The notes beneath the pieces are model-generated. The model saw nothing but the letters and a program-made list of their open reading frames with translations. It did not search any database and was not told where the DNA came from. From the NCBI GenBank assembly GCA_963823665.1, contig CAWGMQ010000003.1, forward strand, positions 864,001 to 928,000: a DNA stretch of 64,000 nt, given 5' to 3'. Below are positions 56,029 to 64,000 of the stretch, in pieces (positions within the stretch are counted from its first letter, which is position 1; each line of letters opens with the position of its first letter). The position numbers and the translations under genes are program-made. This DNA comes from an uncultured Planctomycetota bacterium. GTDB lineage: Bacteria > Planctomycetota > Planctomycetia > Isosphaerales > Isosphaeraceae.

Positions 56029-57582
56029 GCCTCCTCAGCAGAATCTGTGGGTAAATTCTGGCTCAGGCAGGGCGCCAAGGCTGTGATACAAGGCGTTTTT
56101 CACTGCATCGAACGTCCGAAAACCGTACGCCTTTCTCGTCGTCAATTTCACCTTGTTGTTCAGGCCCTCTGCAATGCCTGCGGAAATCGTCCCACGGGCC
56201 TTGAACCAATTCAGGATCAATTCTTCATGGCTGCGAAGCCTTCGAGCCACTTTCTTCATTGGCTCGATCTTTGATCGCATCGTCCTGGTGCACCACTCGT
56301 GCAGAAATCGACTCGCCCAGCCGTGATATTGGTAAGTCCAGAAACGCTGAAAATCCTCCCGCAAAAGATAGCTTCTCACGGACTTTAGGTTGTACTGCAC
56401 CAGTTCGGCCAATCTCACGGTCTGCTTCTTTGTTAGGTTCTCCGGCCGCTTCAGCAGGCACCATCGCGCCCGTTTCAGGACTGGCTCGTAGCCATCTCGC
56501 TTCAGCCGGCGCGCTTCCTCGGCACGTACTTCGTCGATCGCCTTATTCATCGCTTGCATGATGTGAAAGCGGTCGAGCACGTGGATCGCGCCAGAAACCT
56601 CTTGGGCCAGCACGTTGAGGTACGGTTTCCACATATCGCTGCATAGATAGCGGATCGAGTTCTTGGTCTCGTCGGTTATGGTTTGGAAAAAGCCACGCAG
56701 GCTTTCCTCCGTCCGGTCCAACCCAATCCAGAGCAACCGCCTGAACCCAGCGTCAATCTGGTAAACCAGCGTCAGGTAATGATGGCCCCTTTGCCACTGC
56801 ACTTCGTCTACAGCGATGGCCTTGATTCCGGTCATCGTCCGTCTCGCCAAGCCCCATGCGACTGCATACTCGACCGAGCGGTACACAGTTTCCCAGGTAG
56901 TATGGAATATCAAGGCGACTTCCAGCCACGAGAGCCGCTTGGCCCAACCGGCTAGAAACCATCGGTAGGCCGTAGTCACCGGGCTCTTGCCGTCACTCCA
57001 CGGGACCTCTTCGACGATCACACCGCACTTCGGGCAGTCAACGCGCCTCATTGCGTAGACAAAGAACACAGCGATCTGCCAGAGCGGCACGAACTCGAAC
57101 CTTCGTACAGGTAGTTGATCATACCCGGCTCGCTTACGGTGGCACCCGGAGCAAACAGCTCGGCTGTTGCGGCGGGCTTCAATTTCTACCTCCAAGGCAA
57201 GTTGCTTTCCTTTCGAGACCAAACTTACCTTGCCGTACACGAAGGACTTTTGCGGTGCAATGCGATTGAGGATAGTCTTGAGGAGCATCGTGTGGGGCCT
57301 CTCGATTGGGATGGTCTTGGTAACCCTTCCCTAACCGACGGCCGCGCACGATGCACTACCCTACCTTCTTCAAAAAAACCTTTCTCAAGAACGAGTCCGC
57401 GAAGAGCTATTTAAAACTGAACCATCAAATGTGAACTTCGCCTACCCCTCCCGCCTTCACCTTCGCTTCGCCCTCAACCTAGCAGGGCGGACCGAAGGTG
57501 AAGGTGGGAGGGAGAACCCTCCTGTCGAGCCCGAGCCGAGCTGCTGCATCGTTTTTCAACCCACAAATTCTGCCGAAGACCC
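56029..57582 (-). mobile_element. ISL3-family element with 8-bp target duplication AGGAAATG
   Basis: TSD at 56021-56028 and 57583-57590. Terminal IRs match 19/24. An extra ISL3-like end lies at about 57390-57408. Confidence 0.9.
56035..57288 (-). CDS. ISL3-family transposase, apparently intact
   Basis: CSGC/CPKC zinc finger, IAVDE, CSDMW, LDRFH, EGLNNKVK..RKAYGFR. Confidence 0.95.
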   Translation of the reverse strand: MLLKTILNRIAPQKSFVYGKVSLVSKGKQLALEVEIEARRNSRAVCSGCHRKRAGYDQLPVRRFEFVPLWQIAVFFVYAMRRVDCPKCGVIVEEVPWSDGKSPVTTAYRWFLAGWAKRLSWLEVALIFHTTWETVYRSVEYAVAWGLARRTMTGIKAIAVDEVQWQRGHHYLTLVYQIDAGFRRLLWIGLDRTEESLRGFFQTITDETKNSIRYLCSDMWKPYLNVLAQEVSGAIHVLDRFHIMQAMNKAIDEVRAEEARRLKRDGYEPVLKRARWCLLKRPENLTKKQTVRLAELVQYNLKSVRSYLLREDFQRFWTYQYHGWASRFLHEWCTRTMRSKIEPMKKVARRLRSHEELILNWFKARGTISAGIAEGLNNKVKLTTRKAYGFRTFDAVKNALYHSLGALPEPEFTHRFC

Positions 57583-58340
57583 AGGAAATGATTGCGGAGT
57601 TCGAATACCAGCCGGTCGCCTGCAAGAAGAGTTATCGGATGATCGTCCTACGCAAATTGGTAGGGGTCGACAAGGGGCAGATGCGGCTGTTCGAGGAATA
57701 CCGATACTTCTTCTACATCACCAACGACCGCAAGATGACGGCCAAGCAGGTCGTGTTCTCGGCCAACGATCGCTGTGAGCAGGAAAATTTGATCGCCCAG
57801 CTCAAAAGCGGCGTTCACGCGCTGACCGCACCCGTGGACGACTTGGTGAGCAACTGGGCGTATATGGTCATGGCCTCGCTGGCGTGGAGCCTGAAGGCTT
57901 GGAGCGCCCTCATGGTGCCGGTATCGCCTCAGCTCGAGGCGGAACACAAGACAGAGAAACGAAAATTGTTGAGGATGGAATTTGCCACGTTCTGCGCGGC
58001 TTTCATCCAGATGCCGTGCCAGATCGTGCGGGGTGGTAGGCGGCTGATTTACCGGTTGCTCTCCTGGAACCCTTGGCAGGACGCCTTCCTCCGGCTGGCG
58101 GAGCGGTTGCATAGTTGCTGGTTGTGCTGAGGCGATCGAGGCATGAAGTCGGGGTCCGGATGCCCCGATCCGTGTGGGCCACCGAACGAAGAGAGGGGAG
58201 GGACAGATGACGGAGACAAGCCGAGGGTAAGAAACGGGGGCCGGGCCCTCGGGATGTAGAAACTACGTCTATTGCACACTCATATAATCAACTTCTATGT
58301 ACTATTGCTAATTACCATACGTCGCTTGTTTTGGGGCTAG

Positions 58341-58730
58341 GATACCATCAGATACTCTCGAAATCCGGACATTGAAGGCGAACGAGCCAGTCGCGATGGT
58401 CCGGCCGTCTCCAGTGAAACAAATTGAGGAGATCCTGCTTTCGTCGGGAAAAAGTGATTGGAGCAACTGCCCTGAATCCGTGTCAAAAAGGCGCACCGTC
58501 CGATCGTCTCCGCCAGTCGCCAACAGCCGCCCGTCAGGTGAAAAGGCCACCGCGAAGACCGCGTCTGCATGGTTTGTAAGCCGGTGCGCAAGCACGGCAA
58601 CTTGGTCTGAGCGGTGTTTCTGGTCCAAAATCAAGAAGGCAGTCCACACAGATAGTCCAATTAGCCCGAACAGGACCAATAGCTTTAGCGTTAGTACGAG
58701 CCGCCACGATCGATTCTTGCCGTGTACCAT
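58341..58730 (-). pseudogene. WD40-repeat protein, 5' part with TM anchor
   Basis: HADAVFAVAFSPDGRLLATGGDDRTVRLFD. Confidence 0.88.
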
Positions 58731-58774
58731 ATGAGCTCGCACTCCACATCTACAGCGCGTGGGACCTGCGATCG

Positions 58775-58803
58775 TGTGCGTGGCCAACGTAATCGATGTG
58801 AAC
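58775..58803. repeat. 29-bp dif-like site, copy 1
   Basis: TGTGCGTGGCCAACGTAATCGATGTGAAC, identical to 60204-60232. The dif-like interpretation is inference. Confidence 0.8.
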
Positions 58804-58975
58804 TCCTCGCGGCCTGATCGACTTCGGCGAGGTTGACAAGAAAAATACCCTGGCGGAGCCTGATCACTATATCGAGGTTCGCGAGGGGTATACGCCGTGG
58901 GATACCACTCACTCGCGGAGTACTCAACGATGTATCACACGTTTCCGCCCGCCGCCAGCTTTCTGACTGATCCCA

Positions 58976-59181
58976 ATTGGCAACTTTTTTTGCCAACGCC
59001 GAACCTGACCCCGTTTCCTTTCGAGCCGCGAATGAATGGATGCTGGGGCCGTGACAAAAGGATGGGTGTCTGGAATCCATTGGCAACTTTTTTTGCCAAC
59101 GCCGAACCTGACCCCGTTTCCTTTCGAGCCGCGAATGAATGGATGCTGGGGCCGTGACAAAAGGATGGGTGTCTGGAATCC
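58976..59181. repeat. Perfect 103-bp tandem duplication
   Basis: 58976-59078 equals 59079-59181. Contains a TTGGCAA..TTGCCAA hairpin and CCTGACCCCGTTTCC. Confidence 0.92.
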
Positions 59182-59363
59182 CGGACCTGACCCGTTTCCT
59201 CAACGCCTAAGGTCGGACCGTCAATCTACGCATGCAACGGACCACACCTGCCTGTCGAACGCAACCGGAACGCAGCCCGCCGCGCGACGGCGGGGTTGGC
59301 ATGAGCCGCTGGCCATGGTAAGCTATGCTATCAGTGCAATAACACGATGATACATTCAGACCT

Positions 59364-59699
59364 ATGACGCATATCGACTTCAATCAACTCCTGAGCAGCA
59401 TCGAGGCACTGTCACCGGAGCAGGTGCGGATGCTTCGCCAGAAGCTCAATCGCCGGGACGCTCAACAGAAGAGGTCGACCGTCGAGCAATCCGGCAAGTC
59501 TGCCAAACGCATCAAAGCCGCCGCGCCCAAGAAGAAGCCCCTGACGCGCGACGAGTTTAATCAACGATTGATGGCTGCGGGTCTCATCACCTCAGTTCCC
59601 GATCCAGCCCTCGACATCGACGACGACGATCCCGACGATCAGCCGGTTTCCATCAAAGGCGAACCGCTGTCGGAAACCATCATCCGCGAGCGGCGCTAA
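59364..59699 (+). CDS. Putative antitoxin upstream of the PIN toxin
   Basis: Small protein with acidic tail ending GEPLSETIIRERR, 2 bp before the toxin gene. Confidence 0.7.
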   Translation: MTHIDFNQLLSSIEALSPEQVRMLRQKLNRRDAQQKRSTVEQSGKSAKRIKAAAPKKKPLTRDEFNQRLMAAGLITSVPDPALDIDDDDPDDQPVSIKGEPLSETIIRERR

Positions 59700-59701
59700 A
59701 G

Positions 59702-60169
59702 GTGGCGGTGTCCTATTTCGTCGATTCCAGCGGCTTGGTCAAGCGCTATGTCCAGGAAGACGGAACAGGCTGGGTGCGCCGTCTGACGCGCCGCAGCCCA
59801 TTCACCGTGATTTATATCGCCCGCATCACCGCCGTCGAGGTTACCTCTGCCGTCGCCCGCCGGCGCGAAGGCCGGACGATCACCTCCAAGAAGGCATCGT
59901 CGATCCTCCACCGCTTCCGCCAACACCTTGCCGGGCGTTACACCGTCATCGAGATTACGCCCGCCCTGTTCAACGAGGCCATGCGGCTGGCGAATGTGCA
60001 CGCGCTGCGCGCCTACGACGCCGTGCAGCTTTCCGCCGCTCTCGAAATAAACCAGAAGGAGCAGGATGCCGGTTTCGCTTCGGTGACGCTGATTTCCGCG
60101 GATCAAGCCCTCGACGCTGCCGCCATTGCCGAAGGACTGACGGTCGATGATCCAAATCTGCACCGCTGA
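59702..60169 (+). CDS. vapC: VapC-family PIN-domain toxin
   Basis: YFVDSSGLVKRYVQE, VEVTSA, LRAYDAVQL, ISADQAL. Confidence 0.9.
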   Translation: MAVSYFVDSSGLVKRYVQEDGTGWVRRLTRRSPFTVIYIARITAVEVTSAVARRREGRTITSKKASSILHRFRQHLAGRYTVIEITPALFNEAMRLANVHALRAYDAVQLSAALEINQKEQDAGFASVTLISADQALDAAAIAEGLTVDDPNLHR

Positions 60170-60203
60170 CCAACTGACCCGTCCCATACCCGGACCAGAT
60201 TGC

Positions 60204-60232
60204 TGTGCGTGGCCAACGTAATCGATGTGAAC
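60204..60232. repeat. 29-bp dif-like site, copy 2
   Basis: Identical direct repeat of 58775-58803. Confidence 0.8.
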
Positions 60233-60249
60233 CCACTGACGCCCAGACA

Positions 60250-60350
60250 CGCCCCTATTCGCCGCACTCGCTACGTGCAACAACTGCTACACTTCCGCTC
60301 GGGGCAGGAGTCGATATCCGTAAAGGCCAGAAATCGCTCGGGCAACGCCT
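60250..60350 (+). pseudogene. Tyrosine recombinase (XerC/D-like) C-terminal remnant
   Basis: YSPHSLRATTATLPLGAGVDIRKGQKSLGQR is a degenerate HxLR...LGH box. Confidence 0.75.
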
Positions 60351-60472
60351 GCTTGAGAGTCGCCGCCGCGTGCGGCGGCGATCGGTTCGTAACCGGCGGC
60401 GCGCAATGCGTCCACCACTGCGCGTCGGATCGCGGCGGCGTAATCAATGACCAGAGTTCTGGGCGACGGCAT
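60345..60472 (-). pseudogene. Response-regulator receiver N-terminal remnant
   Basis: MPSPRTLVIDYAAAIRRAVVDALRAAGYEPIAAARG resembles the ILVVEDD..IR..V.DAL...GY start of receivers. Confidence 0.55.
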
Positions 60473-61520
60473 CGATGCGTCCATCATTCGTGATCGCAGA
60501 ATACACGTCCGGCCGCGACAGGCCGTACCAGGGATCATCCAGCGGACTGAGGAACAACTCGGAATAAATTCGGCTGACCACGGTATCGCGTTCCGGCGAA
60601 GCCGGCTCCGTCGCAAACCAGTTGTGAATCCGAACATGGAGGTAGTACTCATTTCGGACGGAATCTTCGTTGATGATGCGGCTGACATTCCGGATCAGCA
60701 CCATCGCCGGCATCTCGGTGAGCGCCTTCGACGGCGCCCTTCTGCCGGCGACTTCCGCGAGGGGCGGCCCGCGCTTCACGACCGCTTGAGTCGCCGGAAC
60801 GTCCAATACGGGATGCATCGCCCCGCGCAGCGCGATCCTGGTCCATACCTCCGGCTGGTGATCAACGCCGATCGCAAGCGACGCGGCGAGTTTGGCCGCG
60901 CGACAATGATCGGCCCAGGTTACGGAAGAACCGGCTGTTCGCGCAGCTCAGCTCGTCCGTCAGTTTTCCCAGCAGCCGGAGCGAGAGGACTGCTTTCTTC
61001 TCGCGTTTCGCTACCGCCAGGGCTTCTTCGATATCGGTGTGCCAGTAAAGTCCGCTGAATTCAGCATCCTTCTGCTGCGCCACCGAGTCCAGAACGGCGG
61101 ACCAGCGCGGCGACTTGCGCAGTTCCGGCTGGCTCATGAGAAACTCGACCGATTGCGGCCCGTGCCGGCGCAGCGCCTGAATCGCCGGTTCACTGGCGGC
61201 CGCATCGCCCTGAAGCGCCAGAGTCGTCAGTCGGCCGAATTCGTCCGAATTGAAATTCGATCTGGCCGGGACGGGCGATTGGCTTGGGACCTCTTTTTCA
61301 AGCGCTTCGGCCCTGGCGTCGCCACTTCCCCAGGCCAATCCCCCCACGACAACCGCGCTACCGGCGATCGCGATGCGCCACACTGCATTTCGAGGTCCGC
61401 TCATCTTGAGTCTCCTTCAGATGTCTGCTGGAATTGAAGAGCCACGGGGATGTGCTTCTTCACGGTCGTCATCTTACGGGAAAACTCGATGCTCAAATGT
61501 AACGACGTTGTAACGACTAC
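60442..61520 (-). pseudogene. Duplication copy 2: thioredoxin-like exported protein gene with a 332-bp frameshifting deletion
   Basis: The junction CCAGGT/TACGGAAG at 60920-60921 joins copy-1 positions 52836 and 53169. Confidence 0.9.
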
Positions 61521-61538
61521 CCTTCCGGCCAGGATGCA

Positions 61539-62516
61539 ATGCCTGTGACGACAGACCGAGCGGGACAGCACGATGCGGGCAAACGAGTGGGCTCGATGGG
61601 CTGGTACGCGCTCGTAGGACTGGCAGGAGGATCGCTTCCGCTGGTCGTGCTTGGTTCGATACTCTTGCAACCTGGGGCGAGCTCTCGCTCTCTTCCTTTG
61701 GCTACTTGCGTGATCATCAACCCGTTGATCGGCGCCGGCCTTGGATGTTTGTACCACCGATTTCCGAGAAGATCGCTCGCGTCGTCGTTTTTCGCGGACG
61801 CGCCGCTCACTGTACAAGAAGGCTCGAAGGGAGGCCGGCGGATCGGTACGCTCGCGTTGACCGGTTTCGGCGTGGGGATCGCGACCGCGCTTCTGGCGAC
61901 GATCCTGGAGGTGGCCTGGCGCGGCTGGTCGTTCCTCGATGTAACGCTGATCCCTGCGCTGCTCATTTATCCGTGGTTTTGCGCTTTTGCCGGACTCAAC
62001 CTGGGCCTACGGCTGGGGCATCCGAGACCATCGATCCGGCGCGTCCGCGTCACTCTGAGGACATTGATGGTCCTGGTGGCATACGCCGGGCTCATGTTTG
62101 GTCTCGGTATGGGGGCGGTGCGTCTCAGTCGCAATGTCAGGCATTTTCACGAGATTTCGCTTAGCGAGCAGTCGCTCGGGGACGATTTCGAGACTCAGGC
62201 ACAGAAGTATCTGGCCGACCTGGGACTAAGAAAGAAGAATGCAGATGAGCTTCGCCACGGCCGCATTCCAGAGGAACTTCAATACGAACACAGGACCTTC
62301 TTGAGGTCGCTAGACAATACGGCCGGTGAGGAGTACAAAATACATCGATTTTCCCAGATCGCAGGCCTGGAGGAGCAGCGGGCGGAGCAATCCGAAACGC
62401 TATTCCGTAGCAATGATCGGAGCGCGAAGTATCTGAAGATGCTTGCTGCGAAGCATAGGAGGGCTGCCCGCGAGCCTTGGGCCCCGGTGGCCCCCGACCC
62501 ACCATTGGGGCCATGA
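61539..62516 (+). CDS. Membrane protein whose C-terminal half belongs to the small-protein family
   Basis: About four TMs, then RVTLRTLMVLVAYAGL...LAAKHRRAAREPWAPVAPDPP. Confidence 0.72.
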   Translation: MPVTTDRAGQHDAGKRVGSMGWYALVGLAGGSLPLVVLGSILLQPGASSRSLPLATCVIINPLIGAGLGCLYHRFPRRSLASSFFADAPLTVQEGSKGGRRIGTLALTGFGVGIATALLATILEVAWRGWSFLDVTLIPALLIYPWFCAFAGLNLGLRLGHPRPSIRRVRVTLRTLMVLVAYAGLMFGLGMGAVRLSRNVRHFHEISLSEQSLGDDFETQAQKYLADLGLRKKNADELRHGRIPEELQYEHRTFLRSLDNTAGEEYKIHRFSQIAGLEEQRAEQSETLFRSNDRSAKYLKMLAAKHRRAAREPWAPVAPDPPLGP

Positions 62517-62556
62517 CGAATGTGCCGAAGCTGAGCAGGATGGTAGTCGCTCGCGA

Positions 62557-63147
62557 TCAGCCGTTGGGGTCATCGAGCAATTGTTGCAATCGATCGCCGA
62601 GCGGCGGGGGAAACCGGGCCGGCCAGGTCGCATCGATCAGGCCGACCCCAATCAGATCGCGAAGGTGGGTTCGATCCTTGTCGCGCCAAGCGTTCAATTT
62701 CATCCGGGCGAGAGCTTCGAGATTGGCGACTTGAAATTCCGCGGCGCGCTCCGATTCGTCGATTTCAGGCAGGTTGTAGTCGCCGTCGCGAGGAACTTTC
62801 TCGCCGGCATAGAGGAGATGGATTCCGCCGCTTGGCTTGCCTTGCGGGCCATCGACGAATGTGTCGGTGTCGAGGAGCTGATGGTCGATGAAGCCGGCTG
62901 CTTCCAAACAGGTTTTCGCCGCGACAAAGTCAAGGCGTCGGATCAGGATATCGACGTCGCGTGTTGTGCGGACGGCGTCCTCGTCAACGCGGGCGACCCA
63001 CTCGGCGATGGCGTTTCCGCCGACCACGGCGTACGACACGCCGGCTGCGTCGAGGGCGCAGGTCGCACGGCGCAGCCGCTCCTTGACCTTTTCCGCTGCC
63101 ATGATCGCCCTTTCCCAACCGACGGGCTCGATTGCTGCTACGGCCAT
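62557..63147 (-). CDS. Nucleotidyltransferase-fold protein (AbiEii/DUF6036-like)
   Basis: YAVVGGNAI, RTTRDVDILI, L..MKL.AWRDKD..HLRDL. Confidence 0.75.
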   Translation of the reverse strand: MAVAAIEPVGWERAIMAAEKVKERLRRATCALDAAGVSYAVVGGNAIAEWVARVDEDAVRTTRDVDILIRRLDFVAAKTCLEAAGFIDHQLLDTDTFVDGPQGKPSGGIHLLYAGEKVPRDGDYNLPEIDESERAAEFQVANLEALARMKLNAWRDKDRTHLRDLIGVGLIDATWPARFPPPLGDRLQQLLDDPNG

Positions 63148-63307
63148 GACACATGCTCCTTGCGGCTTCCCCTATCCTAGCCAGAAAGCACGTTCAGGAG
63201 GAATGCCTCGCGATCCGATGGGCCGATCGGGCGGCGGCACGGCGGGGAGAATTGGCCGGCGGGACGTCCGGACCCCGGAACGGCGGGTCACGCTGTGTCC
63301 ATGCCGC

Positions 63308-63670
63308 TCAATTGCTTCCGTCGGGTACAGCGTGAAACGGGCGCACCTCGACTGGCGCCCGGCAGGCGACGACGGCCTTGCGCCCCCACGCCAGCGCCTC
63401 TTCCAGGTTAGCGGCTTCCAGTATCCAAAAACCGCCGATGTGCTCCTTGGTCTCCAGGTACGGCCCGTCGGTGATGAGCACCTCACCATCGGGCTGCGCC
63501 CGTAGCGACCTCGCGCTGCTTGCCGGATGCAAGCCGCCGGCGAAAATCCTGGCACCAGCAGCCTGCATCTCCTCGTTGAGCACGTCGATATCGCGGTGCA
63601 TTGCTTCGTCCTCTGCGACGGACGGGTCGTAGTCGTCGGGGTGGTGAATGGCAACCAAATATTGCGGCAT
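63308..63670 (-). CDS. YCII-related (DGPF) protein
   Basis: AGGLHP, ITDGPYLETKEHIGGFW, VEVRPF. Confidence 0.9.
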   Translation of the reverse strand: MPQYLVAIHHPDDYDPSVAEDEAMHRDIDVLNEEMQAAGARIFAGGLHPASSARSLRAQPDGEVLITDGPYLETKEHIGGFWILEAANLEEALAWGRKAVVACRAPVEVRPFHAVPDGSN

Positions 63671-63724
63671 GACTTCTCCTGTAACGGTCTTCGAGCGGGC
63701 CGGTTACTCAGGCTTTACTATACG

Positions 63725-63751
63725 GTCGAATGGCCGGACCGGCATTCGACA
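63725..63751 (-). promoter_or_regulatory. ECF42-type promoter TGTCGA-N17-CGAC upstream of the DGPF gene
   Basis: Matches the known ECF42 consensus, and DGPF genes are ECF42 targets. Confidence 0.6.
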
Positions 63752-64000
63752 AATCGTCCGAGAAGTTTTCGGGCCGCTGCTGCGTTGAAGGAGTGCGGAT
63801 GGGTCTGCACGCAACCTCGCCGGAGTCGGCCTGCCCGCCGAGGGTTCCGCCGACAATTCGGGGCCAACAGGAATTTCCGTGATGAGCTTCGATTCGCTGG
63901 GCGGCCGCCAGAAATCGAGCGGAACAGCGGAGGCTCACGAACTGGACGGACACCCTGGATGCGGGAATCGCTCCGGGCGCTTTCTCCCCGGTTTTTTGGC

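Larger units (their letters stand above)
55006..58130 (+). pseudogene. IS1380 DDE transposase split by ISL3 (55006-56028 plus 57591-58130)
   Basis: PYHESDHVL, ILDADGT, GYHPL, RGDT.F, then NDRCEQENLIAQLK, SNWAYM. Rejoins as LLKEMIAEFEY. Confidence 0.9.
54874..58340 (+). mobile_element. IS1380-family insertion sequence carrying a nested ISL3
   Basis: Ends CTAGGCCCGAAACAAGCGTCGT and ACGTCGCTTGTTTTGGGGCTAG (22-bp IR, 3 mismatches, counting the duplicated CTAG). Confidence 0.9.

Noticed and set aside
57410..57437. Third dif-like site (AAATGTGAACT)
   Set aside because: Only the right-arm core matches. The left arm and spacer differ, and it lies inside the ISL3 unit.
58976..59200. Possible CRISPR array
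   Set aside because: The units are fully identical with no unique spacers, and no cas genes are visible.

Overview
GC-rich bacterial DNA, most consistent with a planctomycete of the Isosphaeraceae/Singulisphaera type. This is an inference from the LEPRxLL-like proteins, ECF sigma/Ser-Thr kinase pairs, Uma2 gene and MoxR-BatA operon. Many genes carry 1-bp frameshifts, probably long-read consensus errors, so the ORF track splits or fuses real genes. 1-15 kb: pyrimidine salvage (upp-pdp-nupC-like), three metallo-hydrolases, gpsA, pckA, and glcE/glcF with a DUF559 nuclease gene plus C7/G7 palindromic repeats between them. 15-32 kb: an ECF sigma/TPR-kinase module, lineage-specific membrane proteins, glcD, orphan antitoxins and three tandem paralogues. 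32-43 kb: a MoxR-DUF58-BatA-VWA/GATase operon. 43-51 kb: a GxxExxY relic with repeats and a second sigma/kinase module with a Uma2 gene between duplicated sigma 3' ends. 51-64 kb: a plastic region with a 1.4-kb duplication, a WD40 gene broken by IS1380 (itself broken by ISL3), and a VapBC-type pair between identical 29-bp dif-like direct repeats next to a tyrosine-recombinase remnant. That last arrangement is the best candidate for an undescribed recombinase/cassette system. No rRNA, tRNA or CRISPR array was recognised. All family assignments come from motif recognition by eye; no searches were run.
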